Origin: Minisyncoccota bacterium
GTDB taxonomy: Bacteria > Patescibacteriota > Minisyncoccia > Phycocordibacterales > UBA9973
Assembly: GCA_041662205.1 (NCBI GenBank)
Contig: JBAZSZ010000001.1
Coordinates: forward strand, 295,978-359,977
Length of the DNA stretch: 64,000 nt
Direction of reading: 5' to 3'
The notes beneath the pieces are model-generated. The model was not told where the DNA came from. It was given only the letters and a program-made list of their open reading frames with translations, and searched no databases. This document shows, one piece after another, positions 10,067 to 19,434 of this stretch. Positions within the stretch are counted from its first letter, which is position 1, and every line of letters starts with the position of its first letter. A program made the position numbers and the translations under genes.

Positions 10067-12028
10067 TTATTCTAAAATTTTTCTTAAAACATCTTCCGGC
10101 ACTTCTGGTGGATTAGATTTTTGAGACACAGGTGCAGGTGTGGGAGTAATATCCTTTTCTATTTTTCCCGATGTGGCAGTGGCAATCAAATCCTTTAATT
10201 TATTCATATCTTCTGCTGTAGCAGCACGATCATTTTTCATAGGAGGAATAAATTTTTTATTATCTTCATTTTTCTTTTTTAGGGAATCAAGAGAGATTGG
10301 TGCTGGCACAGTTTTATCTTCTACTACTATTTTATTTAAAACATTTTTCAATGACGAAGTATCTCTATTTATTGGATAAGTGGATTTAGGTCTGACAGGG
10401 GCTGGGACTTGTTTTGTGAAAACTTTCTTAAAGGTCTTTATTATTCCTGCAGGTTTTGTTGATACTGGAGCTTGTTGAAATTCGATACCCAAATCAGCTA
10501 ATGGTTTATAAAATTTAGATTCATCATATTTAATTTGATCTTGTCCTCTTTTTTCCACCTTAACTTCTCCAGATTTTATTTTTGCAATACATTCCTTACA
10601 ATAAGCAGCTCGGCCCGGCTCAGGCTTAAAAGGCACAGTTTTTTCTAATTTACAAAGTGAACAAATTACAGGGAATTTTTCTATATTTCCATTTGTAGTA
10701 AAAGTGTCATTACCTAATGACATTCCACTCCATTCATTGATTTCTCGCTCTACCGCCTCGCGGGACCTACAGTAAAGATCACGAGAAGATTTTATTACTT
10801 CTTCTTCCACTTTTTTATCACCGGACTTTACCATGGGCGGCAAGGTCTTAGCAGAAAATGGACGGGAGGTTACACCGTCAATCATTAATTTTAAATAAAT
10901 TTTATAGTTTGGTAAATTTACGATATCAGAAGGAGTAAATTCTGGATCAAATTCTTTTTCTAAAAAATCTGCGTCATCGGAACCAACACGAAAAACTATC
11001 ATTGTACCTACGTTACCAAAGACAGCATCACGCACTGCTGAGCTTTTATCCACCACTAGCTGCGCAGTGTATTGGTGGGCCACGGTTAGATTAAGCCTGT
11101 ACTTTCTAGCCTCAGATAAAATACCAGCAAAAGCATCTGTCACAAAGTTTTGAAATTCGTCCACATATAAATAAAAGTCTTTGCGATGTTCTTCGGGGAT
11201 ACGTACACGCTCCATGGCAGCCAGTTGAATCTTGGTAATGATCATTCCTCCCAAAAGACCAGAGTTGTCTTCACCGATACGCCCCTTAGAAACATTCACG
11301 AGAAAAATCTTCCCGTCATTCATAATATCAAAAATATTAATCGTGCTTTTAGATTGACCCACAACATTACGAATAATAGAGGTAGAAAGAAATTGTCCAA
11401 CCTTATTTTGAATCGGTGCGATAGCTTCATTACGAAATTTATCCTGCCAGGCTTCATACTCATGGACCCAAAAAGCCTTAATCACTGGGTCTTTCAAATT
11501 GGCAATTATTTTCTGACGATAATCTTTGTCCACCAGCATACGAGGAATTCCTAAAAGTGTCGTCCCTGGAGTATCGAGTAATGCTAAAATACAATTATTT
11601 AAAATATATTCCATTCGCGCACTCCAAGCATTCGCCCAGATTTTAGTAAAAATACCCATCAGTCCAGAAGCTACTAGATGTTTATATTGTGGATCAATTA
11701 ATTCTAAAACATTAAAACCGATATGGTAGTCTACATCTGCTGGATTAAAATAAACTACATCCTTCATTCGCTCTGGTGGAATAGCGGAAAGAACTCCTTC
11801 GACGAGTTCTCCATGCGGATCAACCACACAAACTCCCTCACCATTTTTAATGTTCTGAATAATCATATTGAACATCAGGACAGATTTACCTGAACCAGAT
11901 TTCCCTAGAATATAAACATGCTGACGTCTGTCTTTGCGCTTGATACCAAAAAGTTGATTTTTATCACGAAAAGTTGTTAGCCCAAGATAAGTAATGTCTT
12001 TTTTTATAGGCAATTCTGGAAGTTCCAT
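10067..12028 (-). CDS. TM-less TraD/VirD4-family P-loop ATPase, paralog 2, with C-terminal CxxC-x17-CxxC zinc ribbon and K/P-rich tail
   Basis: RRQHVYILGKSGSGKS, VVDPHGEL, FNVL, DFYLYVDEFQN, LTVAHQYTAQL; C-terminal ICSLCK..PFKPEPGRAAYCKEC resembles the PxRPxxxYCxKC tail of the Cys-rich paralogs. Confidence 0.7.
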   Translation of the reverse strand: MELPELPIKKDITYLGLTTFRDKNQLFGIKRKDRRQHVYILGKSGSGKSVLMFNMIIQNIKNGEGVCVVDPHGELVEGVLSAIPPERMKDVVYFNPADVDYHIGFNVLELIDPQYKHLVASGLMGIFTKIWANAWSARMEYILNNCILALLDTPGTTLLGIPRMLVDKDYRQKIIANLKDPVIKAFWVHEYEAWQDKFRNEAIAPIQNKVGQFLSTSIIRNVVGQSKSTINIFDIMNDGKIFLVNVSKGRIGEDNSGLLGGMIITKIQLAAMERVRIPEEHRKDFYLYVDEFQNFVTDAFAGILSEARKYRLNLTVAHQYTAQLVVDKSSAVRDAVFGNVGTMIVFRVGSDDADFLEKEFDPEFTPSDIVNLPNYKIYLKLMIDGVTSRPFSAKTLPPMVKSGDKKVEEEVIKSSRDLYCRSREAVEREINEWSGMSLGNDTFTTNGNIEKFPVICSLCKLEKTVPFKPEPGRAAYCKECIAKIKSGEVKVEKRGQDQIKYDESKFYKPLADLGIEFQQAPVSTKPAGIIKTFKKVFTKQVPAPVRPKSTYPINRDTSSLKNVLNKIVVEDKTVPAPISLDSLKKKNEDNKKFIPPMKNDRAATAEDMNKLKDLIATATSGKIEKDITPTPAPVSQKSNPPEVPEDVLRKILE

Positions 12029-12061
12029 ATACTATACATTTTACAACAAAATTACCAAAAC

Positions 12062-12086
12062 AAAAAGCCCTATAAGGGGCTTTTTG
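12062..12086. terminator. Hairpin AGCCC-TATAAG-GGGCT flanked by A-run and T-run (bidirectional intrinsic terminator) between secreted-protein gene and ATPase-2
   Basis: seen in sequence. Confidence 0.5.
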
Positions 12087-12107
12087 TTTTGGTAAAAGAA
12101 AATTATA

Positions 12108-13322
12108 TTATAACCAAGTAAAATTAGTAGCACTATTATTTAATATCTGCACGGTTAATTTTCCAATCGGATTGGTTCCAAAAGTATTATTAAATTTAAC
12201 TTCCAATGTTGCTACTGTTCCAACTACTGTTATAATTTGAGCATCAATTCCTGCTCCTGCTCCTACACCAGCTGTTGCTTCACCGCTGTCAGTACAAGAT
12301 CCACTCACTGTTCCAGCATTATTTATAAACGCACATACAAAAATTCCACCATGGGATCCAGCGTTTACACCATCAGTTACAGTATAAGTAAATGACATAT
12401 GAACGATAGCTCCAGTATTGGCAGTAGGTAAATTTATTGAATAAATTTGTGTATTTACATTATCCGGCATAGAATAAACTTTATTATGAATCATAAATTT
12501 ATGAATTAGCGCTTGGTCTGCAGTACCACTAGAAGTTCCCATAACTGTCGTAGCTAGGTTTATGTCTGCTGGTTGCGCATTGCCAGTAGATAACCCAGCA
12601 TGCAAATGCAAAGCTCCTCCTGTCTTATTTGTTGATAAAACAGTTGCTCCACCTGCTTGAAGAGTCAAGTTATTTCCAGTAGTATCTGCGATGGTATTTC
12701 TTTCCATCCAAATTGTTCTATCAGCTGTGCCCCCAAGAGAAAATAAATTAGTAGGAGATGTTGTTCCAAAACCAACATTACCATCTTTGAAATAAATACC
12801 GGCAGTTGAAGAAGGACCAATCCAAGATTCAGCCAAAGTAGTTAGAGGGTTAATGAGAGAAAAAGAATTGGTAGCATCAAGACGAGTAATATTCGTGGTA
12901 TCAGATAGATCAGTAGAAGCAATACTAATGTCAGCTGATCCATCAAAAGATACTCCAGCAATATTGCGAGCATTTGTTAGTGTGGCAGCGCTACCTGTTA
13001 TACTTCCGACAATTGGATTAGTAACTTCAAAATCTGTAAACCATCCTTTGGTAAGTCTAGACCCAGTTGTTCCGATAGAACCAGTAGATGTAATATCTTT
13101 AGTACCCATATCCAAGGCACCACCCAACACAACTTTTCCTGTAGTTAAATTATTTCCTATTGTAATGTTTGAAGTTGCACTACTGTTTAATGATAAAGAA
13201 CCATTATTTGTAAGACCTGCAGCATCAAATATAAGATTAGCTTCAGCGGGTAAAACTCCGATTCCAATAACAAAAATCAAAATAACAAAACTTAAATTAA
13301 AATATTCAAATTTATTTTTCAT
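12108..13322 (-). CDS. Secreted G/S/T/N-rich low-complexity protein (possible surface/adhesin-like beta-rich protein)
   Basis: N-terminal signal peptide (FVILIFVIGIGVLPAEA); 404 aa dominated by T, G, S, N, A; no recognisable catalytic motif. Confidence 0.6.
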   Translation of the reverse strand: MKNKFEYFNLSFVILIFVIGIGVLPAEANLIFDAAGLTNNGSLSLNSSATSNITIGNNLTTGKVVLGGALDMGTKDITSTGSIGTTGSRLTKGWFTDFEVTNPIVGSITGSAATLTNARNIAGVSFDGSADISIASTDLSDTTNITRLDATNSFSLINPLTTLAESWIGPSSTAGIYFKDGNVGFGTTSPTNLFSLGGTADRTIWMERNTIADTTGNNLTLQAGGATVLSTNKTGGALHLHAGLSTGNAQPADINLATTVMGTSSGTADQALIHKFMIHNKVYSMPDNVNTQIYSINLPTANTGAIVHMSFTYTVTDGVNAGSHGGIFVCAFINNAGTVSGSCTDSGEATAGVGAGAGIDAQIITVVGTVATLEVKFNNTFGTNPIGKLTVQILNNSATNFTWL

Positions 13323-13409
13323 TTTTTTATTTTAATTAATAATAGATAACAAAAATTATACCATATTTTAATAAAAAAATACTAATTATGGTTTTATTTC
13401 CATCATATT

Positions 13410-13431
13410 AAAAGCCCCTTAAGGGGCTTTT
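13410..13431 (-). terminator. Intrinsic terminator after dnaK (AAAAGCCCCTTAAGGGGCTTTT)
   Basis: perfect 7-bp GC stem with flanking A/T runs, ends 9 nt after dnaK stop codon. Confidence 0.7.
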
Positions 13432-13439
13432 AATATGAT

Positions 13440-15356
13440 TTATGCTTTTGATTCTCCGTCTTCAGAAGGTTTTTCTTTAAACTCTGCATCATGGACTTCA
13501 GGTGGTTGTTCTTCGGGAGTCGAAGGTCCTGTACTTGCTGAAGCATCAGTTCCCCCAGCTTTCGCCATCGCCTCCCCTATCTTAGACATTTCGGTAGAGA
13601 GCTCTTCGGTAGCTTTTTTGATCGCTTCTCCATCGGTGCCATCTTTTACCCCTCTCAAAGCAGTTATTTTTGCGTTTACTTCATCTTTTAATTCTACAGG
13701 TATTTTTTCTTCATTCTCTTTAAGAGCTTTTTCGGCAGTATAGATGATCATCTCTGCGGTATTTTTTACTTCTGCATTTTCTTTTTTCTTTTTATCTTCC
13801 TCTGCGTGAAGCTCTGCATCAGCTTGCATTTTTTTAATGTCTTCTTCTTTGAGCCCAGAACTTGCTTCAATTTTAATGGATTGGGTTTTTCCTGAAGCTT
13901 TGTCTTTAGCAGAAACATTTAGAATTCCATTCACATCTACATCAAAAGCAACTTCAATTTGAGGCATTCCGCGAGGTGCTGGTGGCACTCCATCTAAAAT
14001 AAATCTGCCGAGAGATTTATTATCGGACGCCATCGGACGCTCTCCCTGCACAATGTGTATTTCGACAGAAGTCTGATTATCGGCAGCCGTAGAAAATGTT
14101 TGAGATTTACTAGAAGGAATAGTGGTATTTCTTTCAATCAATTTTGTAGCCACTCCTCCCAAAGTCTCAATACCTAATGAAAGCGGTATCACATCGAGAA
14201 GTAATACATCCCGCACATCACCTTGCAACACACCAGCCTGAACGGCTGCACCGAGCGCCACAACTTCATCAGGGTTAATGGACATATTTGGAGCCTTACC
14301 GAAAAGATCTTGCACAGCAGATACAATAGCTGGCATTCTCGTCTGACCACCTACCATGATAATTTCATTTATTTCATTTATTTTGAATGGAGATGCGTCC
14401 AAAGCTCTCTTGGTAATCTTAATAGACAGATCAATATATTCTTTCGCTAGAGATTCCAACATTGCTCGAGACATTTTAAGTAAAAGATGTTTTGGTCCAG
14501 AGCTGTCTGAAGTTATGAATGGTATGTTGATCTCTGTTTCAGTAGTTGTAGAAAGTTCATGCTTAGCTTTTTCAGCAGCTTCTTTTAATCTTTGGTGCGC
14601 TAGAGGATCTTTTATAACATCAATGCCAGACTCTTTTTTATACTCTTCAGCAATCCAAGAAATAATTTTTCTATCAATGTCACCTCCACCCATATGACTG
14701 TCTCCATCGGTAGATTTTACTTCTATCACATCGTCACCTATTTCCAATACAGACACATCAAAGGTTCCTCCACCGAAATCGTATACAACAATCTTTTCAT
14801 TTTTCTTTTTATTAAAACCATAAGCAAGTGCTGCAGCTGTCGGCTCATTGATGATGCGTTTTACGTCAAGGCCAGCAATTGCTCCCGCGTCTTTGGTCGC
14901 TTTTCTTTGCGCATCATTAAAATATGCTGGCACGGTTATTATTGCTTCAGTAATCTTTTCTCCGAGCTTCGCCTCAACATCAGCCTTAATTTTTTGTAAA
15001 ACCATTGCAGAAATTTCTTCCGGTCGATAAAATTTATCTGACATTTTTATTTTTACTCCACCTCCGTCTCCTGTTTCAATTTTAAATGAAGCAGTCTCAC
15101 GATCTTTTTGCACTTCTGGATCATCAAACCTATGCCCCATATAACGCTTTATTTCAGCAATAGTATTTTCTGGATTTGTAACCGCTTGTCTTTTTGCCAG
15201 AAGGCCGACAATACGATCTCCATTTTTTGCAGTCGCCACGACAGAAGGCGTCGTGCGATTACCTTCCACATTCTCCACAATTTTTGGTGCACCACCCTCA
15301 ATGATAGCGACTGCTGAATTTGTTGTACCTAAATCTATACCTATTATTTTACTCAT
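13440..15356 (-). CDS. dnaK: Chaperone DnaK (Hsp70)
   Basis: [10 protein letters not shown].. N-terminus, [11 protein letters not shown]..., 638 aa full length. Confidence 0.97.
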   Translation of the reverse strand: MSKIIGIDLGTTNSAVAIIEGGAPKIVENVEGNRTTPSVVATAKNGDRIVGLLAKRQAVTNPENTIAEIKRYMGHRFDDPEVQKDRETASFKIETGDGGGVKIKMSDKFYRPEEISAMVLQKIKADVEAKLGEKITEAIITVPAYFNDAQRKATKDAGAIAGLDVKRIINEPTAAALAYGFNKKKNEKIVVYDFGGGTFDVSVLEIGDDVIEVKSTDGDSHMGGGDIDRKIISWIAEEYKKESGIDVIKDPLAHQRLKEAAEKAKHELSTTTETEINIPFITSDSSGPKHLLLKMSRAMLESLAKEYIDLSIKITKRALDASPFKINEINEIIMVGGQTRMPAIVSAVQDLFGKAPNMSINPDEVVALGAAVQAGVLQGDVRDVLLLDVIPLSLGIETLGGVATKLIERNTTIPSSKSQTFSTAADNQTSVEIHIVQGERPMASDNKSLGRFILDGVPPAPRGMPQIEVAFDVDVNGILNVSAKDKASGKTQSIKIEASSGLKEEDIKKMQADAELHAEEDKKKKENAEVKNTAEMIIYTAEKALKENEEKIPVELKDEVNAKITALRGVKDGTDGEAIKKATEELSTEMSKIGEAMAKAGGTDASASTGPSTPEEQPPEVHDAEFKEKPSEDGESKA

Positions 15357-15443
15357 ATATTTTATATGTTATTTATAATTTAACTTATATTTCGCGACCA
15401 CTAAAAACTTGTATAAATAGAGTATATATGATAGCGTATTAGT

Positions 15444-15950
15444 ATGTCAAGTTATTCCAAAAAAATACTTAAAAAGTTAACTGAAAGACCTGCAATTTCG
15501 ACAAAAGATCTAAAAGAAAAAGATGTAAGAACAACTTATGCCATTTCTCGTGCCTTAAAAAATCTAATAGAAAGCAAATGTGCTGAAATTCATGAATCAG
15601 GAAGACAAGATTATGTAAAAATTACTCCGCTTGGAAAAAATAAATTAAATACCTTGCTCTTAGAAAATGACGAAGCATTAGTCCCGCAAAATTGGGATGG
15701 ATTTTGGCGAATTATTTTACTAGACCTGCCAGAAAACAGAAAGGCTGAACGTGAATCTCTACGTTATCTTCTTAAAAAAGCTGGCTTCGTTTGTTTAAAA
15801 AATTCTGCGTGGATTTCCCCTTTCCCTTTTGAACATTTATTTACAAATATAAAGCGTGACCTAGACCTCACCACAGAAATGATGATCATCGTCACAGAAA
15901 ATATTGACGAAGAAAGTAAAAAAGTTTTATTTGAAACTTTCGGAAAATAA
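15444..15950 (+). CDS. PaaX-family-like transcriptional regulator (N-terminal wHTH + C-terminal Cas2-fold PaaX_C-like domain), divergent from dnaK
   Basis: NWDGFWRIILLDLPENRKAERESLRYLLKKAGFVCLKNSAWISP matches PaaX WDGKW..R..LR..L...GFG.L...VW.SP block. Confidence 0.6.
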   Translation: MSSYSKKILKKLTERPAISTKDLKEKDVRTTYAISRALKNLIESKCAEIHESGRQDYVKITPLGKNKLNTLLLENDEALVPQNWDGFWRIILLDLPENRKAERESLRYLLKKAGFVCLKNSAWISPFPFEHLFTNIKRDLDLTTEMMIIVTENIDEESKKVLFETFGK

Positions 15951-16013
15951 AAAATCTTTTAATAAACTATCCACAGGCTTACCTGCCTACGGCAGTGCCA
16001 AAGGCGACCAGGG

Positions 16014-17756
16014 CTAGTAAATCTCCTGTTGATAGCATTTTTCACAATAAACTATCTCTGGCCTCTCAGGCGCATAACTCGTTTCAAATTCTATTTCACA
16101 TTTACTTTCGTGAGTATGATTTTCTTTTTCACACATACAAGTTCTTTTCCATAATTTCCATGCTGGTAATTGATAAAACCTTTCATAATATCTACAATTG
16201 GGACACAAAATCGGGAGCGGTATTTTATTTTTCTTATAAAAATCAAGTTCAAAATTTGCTAAACGAAAAGCGATATTGCATTGATGAATACAACTTCCCT
16301 TGTGTGCACATTCTAATACTTCTCCTAAAATTTTATCATCTACTTCATCTATTGTATCGGGAATATTTTCTACAGGTATGGTAATCTGGAAATTCTTTAC
16401 ATCTTGCTCTAACCATCGATAACCGTTTTTTTCTACTTCTGTTTTAGTCATTGGATTAATTTCTTGGGCAAAAGTTTCGTTGTAAGCAAAAGGACAGACT
16501 TCTATAGGAAAAAATTCTCCATATTTATAAACTCTACCCGCCTTGTCCACAAAAGGTATATTTTCCATTTGTTTTATAATTTCTAAGCGAAGTTTATCAA
16601 ATTCATCTTTTGAACAAATTTTATTGAAAATTACATTTTCTTTATTTCTTATTCCAATACAACCAAATAAATTTGAGCTATTAATACAAGAATCAGTATA
16701 CTCCACATTGCTGACAGAACTAAAAGCGGAATGAGAAAATTTCACATTATAATCATTTAGAGATCCAGTAACATATTCATACATCAATTCTGACTTCATT
16801 GCCTGAGAAGAATCCATGGAATCCTTAAAAGACTCCAATACTCTATAACAGTATTTCAAATTTTCCGCATTGTAAACATCAAAACAATTTTGACAATTTT
16901 TTACATTTGAAAGATTATTTCCAGTAGCGTTTACTGAACGTACAATGTTAGTAAAACGATAAATAGATTTTTCTTTTATTTCTTTAAATTCCTTAAGAAA
17001 AACTTCCAGAGAATCCCTGCTTGATAAATTTAATCTTTCTTTTTCTTTTAAATATTCTTCTTTTGAATACTGCTTATTGCGAATATAAAATTCTTTATTA
17101 CGTAAATTGTAAGAAAGTAAGCAATTGCTACAGTTTACACAATCAACTAAAAAATAAGAATCTAAACAATTTTTTGAAAGTAATAAATACTGACAATTGT
17201 AATTTTTCTCACTTTGAATATTCTCATATAAATTTTGCCCTTCGTTAATATTTAAGCAATCAATAATGTCCGTAGACTTATCTACATTCTTTGAATAAAA
17301 AACATTTTCTGAACCCTTAACGACCGAAAATGATAAATAAACATTCTTAGACTCACCCGCATAATTTGTATAATCAGAGTTAATTACATTTCTATGCCAC
17401 AAAGCTAATCGAGGCACGACATTCATTAATTTATTAAATTGCTCAAAAAATGGTCTAGAAAAATCATAATCTCTACTAAAAGAAGTGGCTTCCCAACCAT
17501 CTCCAAACCAACATTCTCGACAATATACAGGGAAAGGCACGGATTCATGGTACATTGAAATAATGTTTTTCTTACACAAATCACATTTACGTTTATATAA
17601 AGTTCTTTCATTACGCCAAGCCATTCTCCTTTGCAACCTACACCAAGGACAAAAAGTAGGTGCGGGAACTTGTATCTTTTTGTAATAATTAAAATCTTCT
17701 GGCTCTATTTTAAAGTCTTTTTTGCAATTCTGGCAATTTTTAGTTTCACTTTTCAT
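16014..17756 (-). CDS. Cys-rich multi-zinc-ribbon protein, paralog C
   Basis: 580 aa; N-terminus CQNCKKDFKIEPEDFNYYKKIQVPAPTFCPWCR..WRNERTLYKRKC; tail FETSYAPERPEIVYCEKCYQQEIY; start 1 nt after paralog D stop. Confidence 0.8.
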   Translation of the reverse strand: MKSETKNCQNCKKDFKIEPEDFNYYKKIQVPAPTFCPWCRLQRRMAWRNERTLYKRKCDLCKKNIISMYHESVPFPVYCRECWFGDGWEATSFSRDYDFSRPFFEQFNKLMNVVPRLALWHRNVINSDYTNYAGESKNVYLSFSVVKGSENVFYSKNVDKSTDIIDCLNINEGQNLYENIQSEKNYNCQYLLLSKNCLDSYFLVDCVNCSNCLLSYNLRNKEFYIRNKQYSKEEYLKEKERLNLSSRDSLEVFLKEFKEIKEKSIYRFTNIVRSVNATGNNLSNVKNCQNCFDVYNAENLKYCYRVLESFKDSMDSSQAMKSELMYEYVTGSLNDYNVKFSHSAFSSVSNVEYTDSCINSSNLFGCIGIRNKENVIFNKICSKDEFDKLRLEIIKQMENIPFVDKAGRVYKYGEFFPIEVCPFAYNETFAQEINPMTKTEVEKNGYRWLEQDVKNFQITIPVENIPDTIDEVDDKILGEVLECAHKGSCIHQCNIAFRLANFELDFYKKNKIPLPILCPNCRYYERFYQLPAWKLWKRTCMCEKENHTHESKCEIEFETSYAPERPEIVYCEKCYQQEIY

Positions 17757-17757
17757 A

Positions 17758-19434
17758 TCAAGCTATATTTTGTTTATAACATTCTTCGCAAGCAATTTTC
17801 TGGTATCCCCATTCCGGCAAATAATATGCATCGACATCCTTTTTACAATAAAAACATTTATATTGATGTGCTTGCAAGATAGTCAAATATTTCAAACTAT
17901 TTTTTATTCGCACATCAAAATGATAACGTGGAAGTGGGATATTATTTTCTTTGTAAAAAGAAAGTTCATTTTGGGCAATATTGAAACGCCAGCCCGTTTC
18001 AGGGCAAATCAGTGCCTGAGTGATGATAGTATTCGGAACGTCTTTGATATCGTCAGGCAACTCCGCTGTAGGCATGCCGTCTACATGACTCTCTGTGACA
18101 TCCTCCCAATAACCGCCAAATTTTAAAATATCTTCTTTTTTAGTTTCTGGAAAATACAGAAAAGCAGTAGAAAAATTAAAAGGTCCCAAGCTCATGGAAT
18201 AAGGTAAAAATTTCCCATATTCTCCACTCTTTTTCATATCAGAAATTATCTTATTTTTTAAAGTTTCATATTCTTCTTTACTATACTGTTTGTTTAAAAT
18301 ACAATATTTCTTTTTCCCCAAACCCACACAACCAAAACAATATTCACATTCAAGACATAGATCTAAATATTCAGAATATCTTGAGGACGACCAACTGGAA
18401 TATTTGAGAGCATAACCACTTGGTTGGCAGGAACTACAATTGCCTGATACTTCTAAATACTGACAACCATTTATGTCGACGCAAGACTCTAATCCTGTGC
18501 CTCTGATACAGTTAGAGCAATCCTTAGAATCAGAGATTGTGAAACAATTTTGGCAATTTTTACAATCAATTAAGTAATCGCCAATGGAATTGAAAACTTT
18601 TAAATTGAAGTTCGGTCTATGCGCCACCTCATTTTTAATTATTTCTTTAAAATGTTTTTTAAGTTTTTGAATAGAATCATAAGAACCAAGATTAAATAAT
18701 TGGATTTTTTTATCATATTCCTCCTTAGAATACTGCACATTTTCTATACAATAGGATTTATTGCGAAGATTCCAACACATAAAACAATTTTGACAGTTTC
18801 GGCAATCATATAAAAAACTTGATTGTATGCAATCGCGGGAATGTTTCGAATAAAAAAGTTTGTAGGAATGATGACATTCAGAAGAATCAAAACATTTTTC
18901 ACTATTATAACAAACAACCACATCAATAGAATTTTTTACCCCTATATTCCTATATGAATAAAATAAATTTTCGCAATCTACCATTGAACGAGAAAGATAA
19001 CTATCCTTACAATTCCAAACATCATCACACCAATCACAACCTGTACTTTTAATACCATCTTGATGCGGACGAGGAACTTTCTCTTGAAGATTTTGTAATT
19101 GCTCAAAAAATAATTTTTTTTCGTCATAGTCTGCCCCATAATCCATCGCGTCCCACTTGTCGCTATACCACTCATTTAAAGTGTAAATCGGATATCTAGT
19201 CTTCTCTGGTAAAACGGTAATTAAACTTTCTCCAGAGAGATCTGATTTACCCCTGCGAAATTTTCCAAACATCCAAAAAGATAAATGTAATTTTACTCGA
19301 CAAAAAAAACAAAGTGTCGGTAATTCAATATCAACTTTTTTATATAAAGATAATTCTTCTTCTGTAATTAAGAAGTCTCGTTTGCAGTGTTCACAAACTC
19401 TAGTTTGCAGGTCCTTTGTATTCATATACATCAA
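17758..19434 (-). CDS. Cys-rich multi-zinc-ribbon protein, paralog D (most divergent)
   Basis: 558 aa; CEHCKRDF..LSLYKKVDIELPTLCFFCR; CRNCQNCFMCWNLRNKSYC..YSKEEY repeats; start overlaps grpE 3' end by about 25-35 nt. Confidence 0.75.
   Translation of the reverse strand: MMYMNTKDLQTRVCEHCKRDFLITEEELSLYKKVDIELPTLCFFCRVKLHLSFWMFGKFRRGKSDLSGESLITVLPEKTRYPIYTLNEWYSDKWDAMDYGADYDEKKLFFEQLQNLQEKVPRPHQDGIKSTGCDWCDDVWNCKDSYLSRSMVDCENLFYSYRNIGVKNSIDVVVCYNSEKCFDSSECHHSYKLFYSKHSRDCIQSSFLYDCRNCQNCFMCWNLRNKSYCIENVQYSKEEYDKKIQLFNLGSYDSIQKLKKHFKEIIKNEVAHRPNFNLKVFNSIGDYLIDCKNCQNCFTISDSKDCSNCIRGTGLESCVDINGCQYLEVSGNCSSCQPSGYALKYSSWSSSRYSEYLDLCLECEYCFGCVGLGKKKYCILNKQYSKEEYETLKNKIISDMKKSGEYGKFLPYSMSLGPFNFSTAFLYFPETKKEDILKFGGYWEDVTESHVDGMPTAELPDDIKDVPNTIITQALICPETGWRFNIAQNELSFYKENNIPLPRYHFDVRIKNSLKYLTILQAHQYKCFYCKKDVDAYYLPEWGYQKIACEECYKQNIA

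Noticed and set aside
15444-15950. Cas2-like fold suggesting a CRISPR-Cas locus
   Set aside because: No CRISPR repeats, cas1 or other cas genes in the window. The WDGxW..GF..L..S.WI.P block is the PaaX C-terminal domain signature, which shares the Cas2 fold.
6609-19434. Cys-rich proteins as multiheme cytochromes or radical-SAM enzymes
   Set aside because: No CxxCH heme-binding motifs and no CxxxCxxC radical-SAM motif. No signal peptides. Cys spacing is CxxC/CxxCxxC zinc-ribbon/cluster-like instead.
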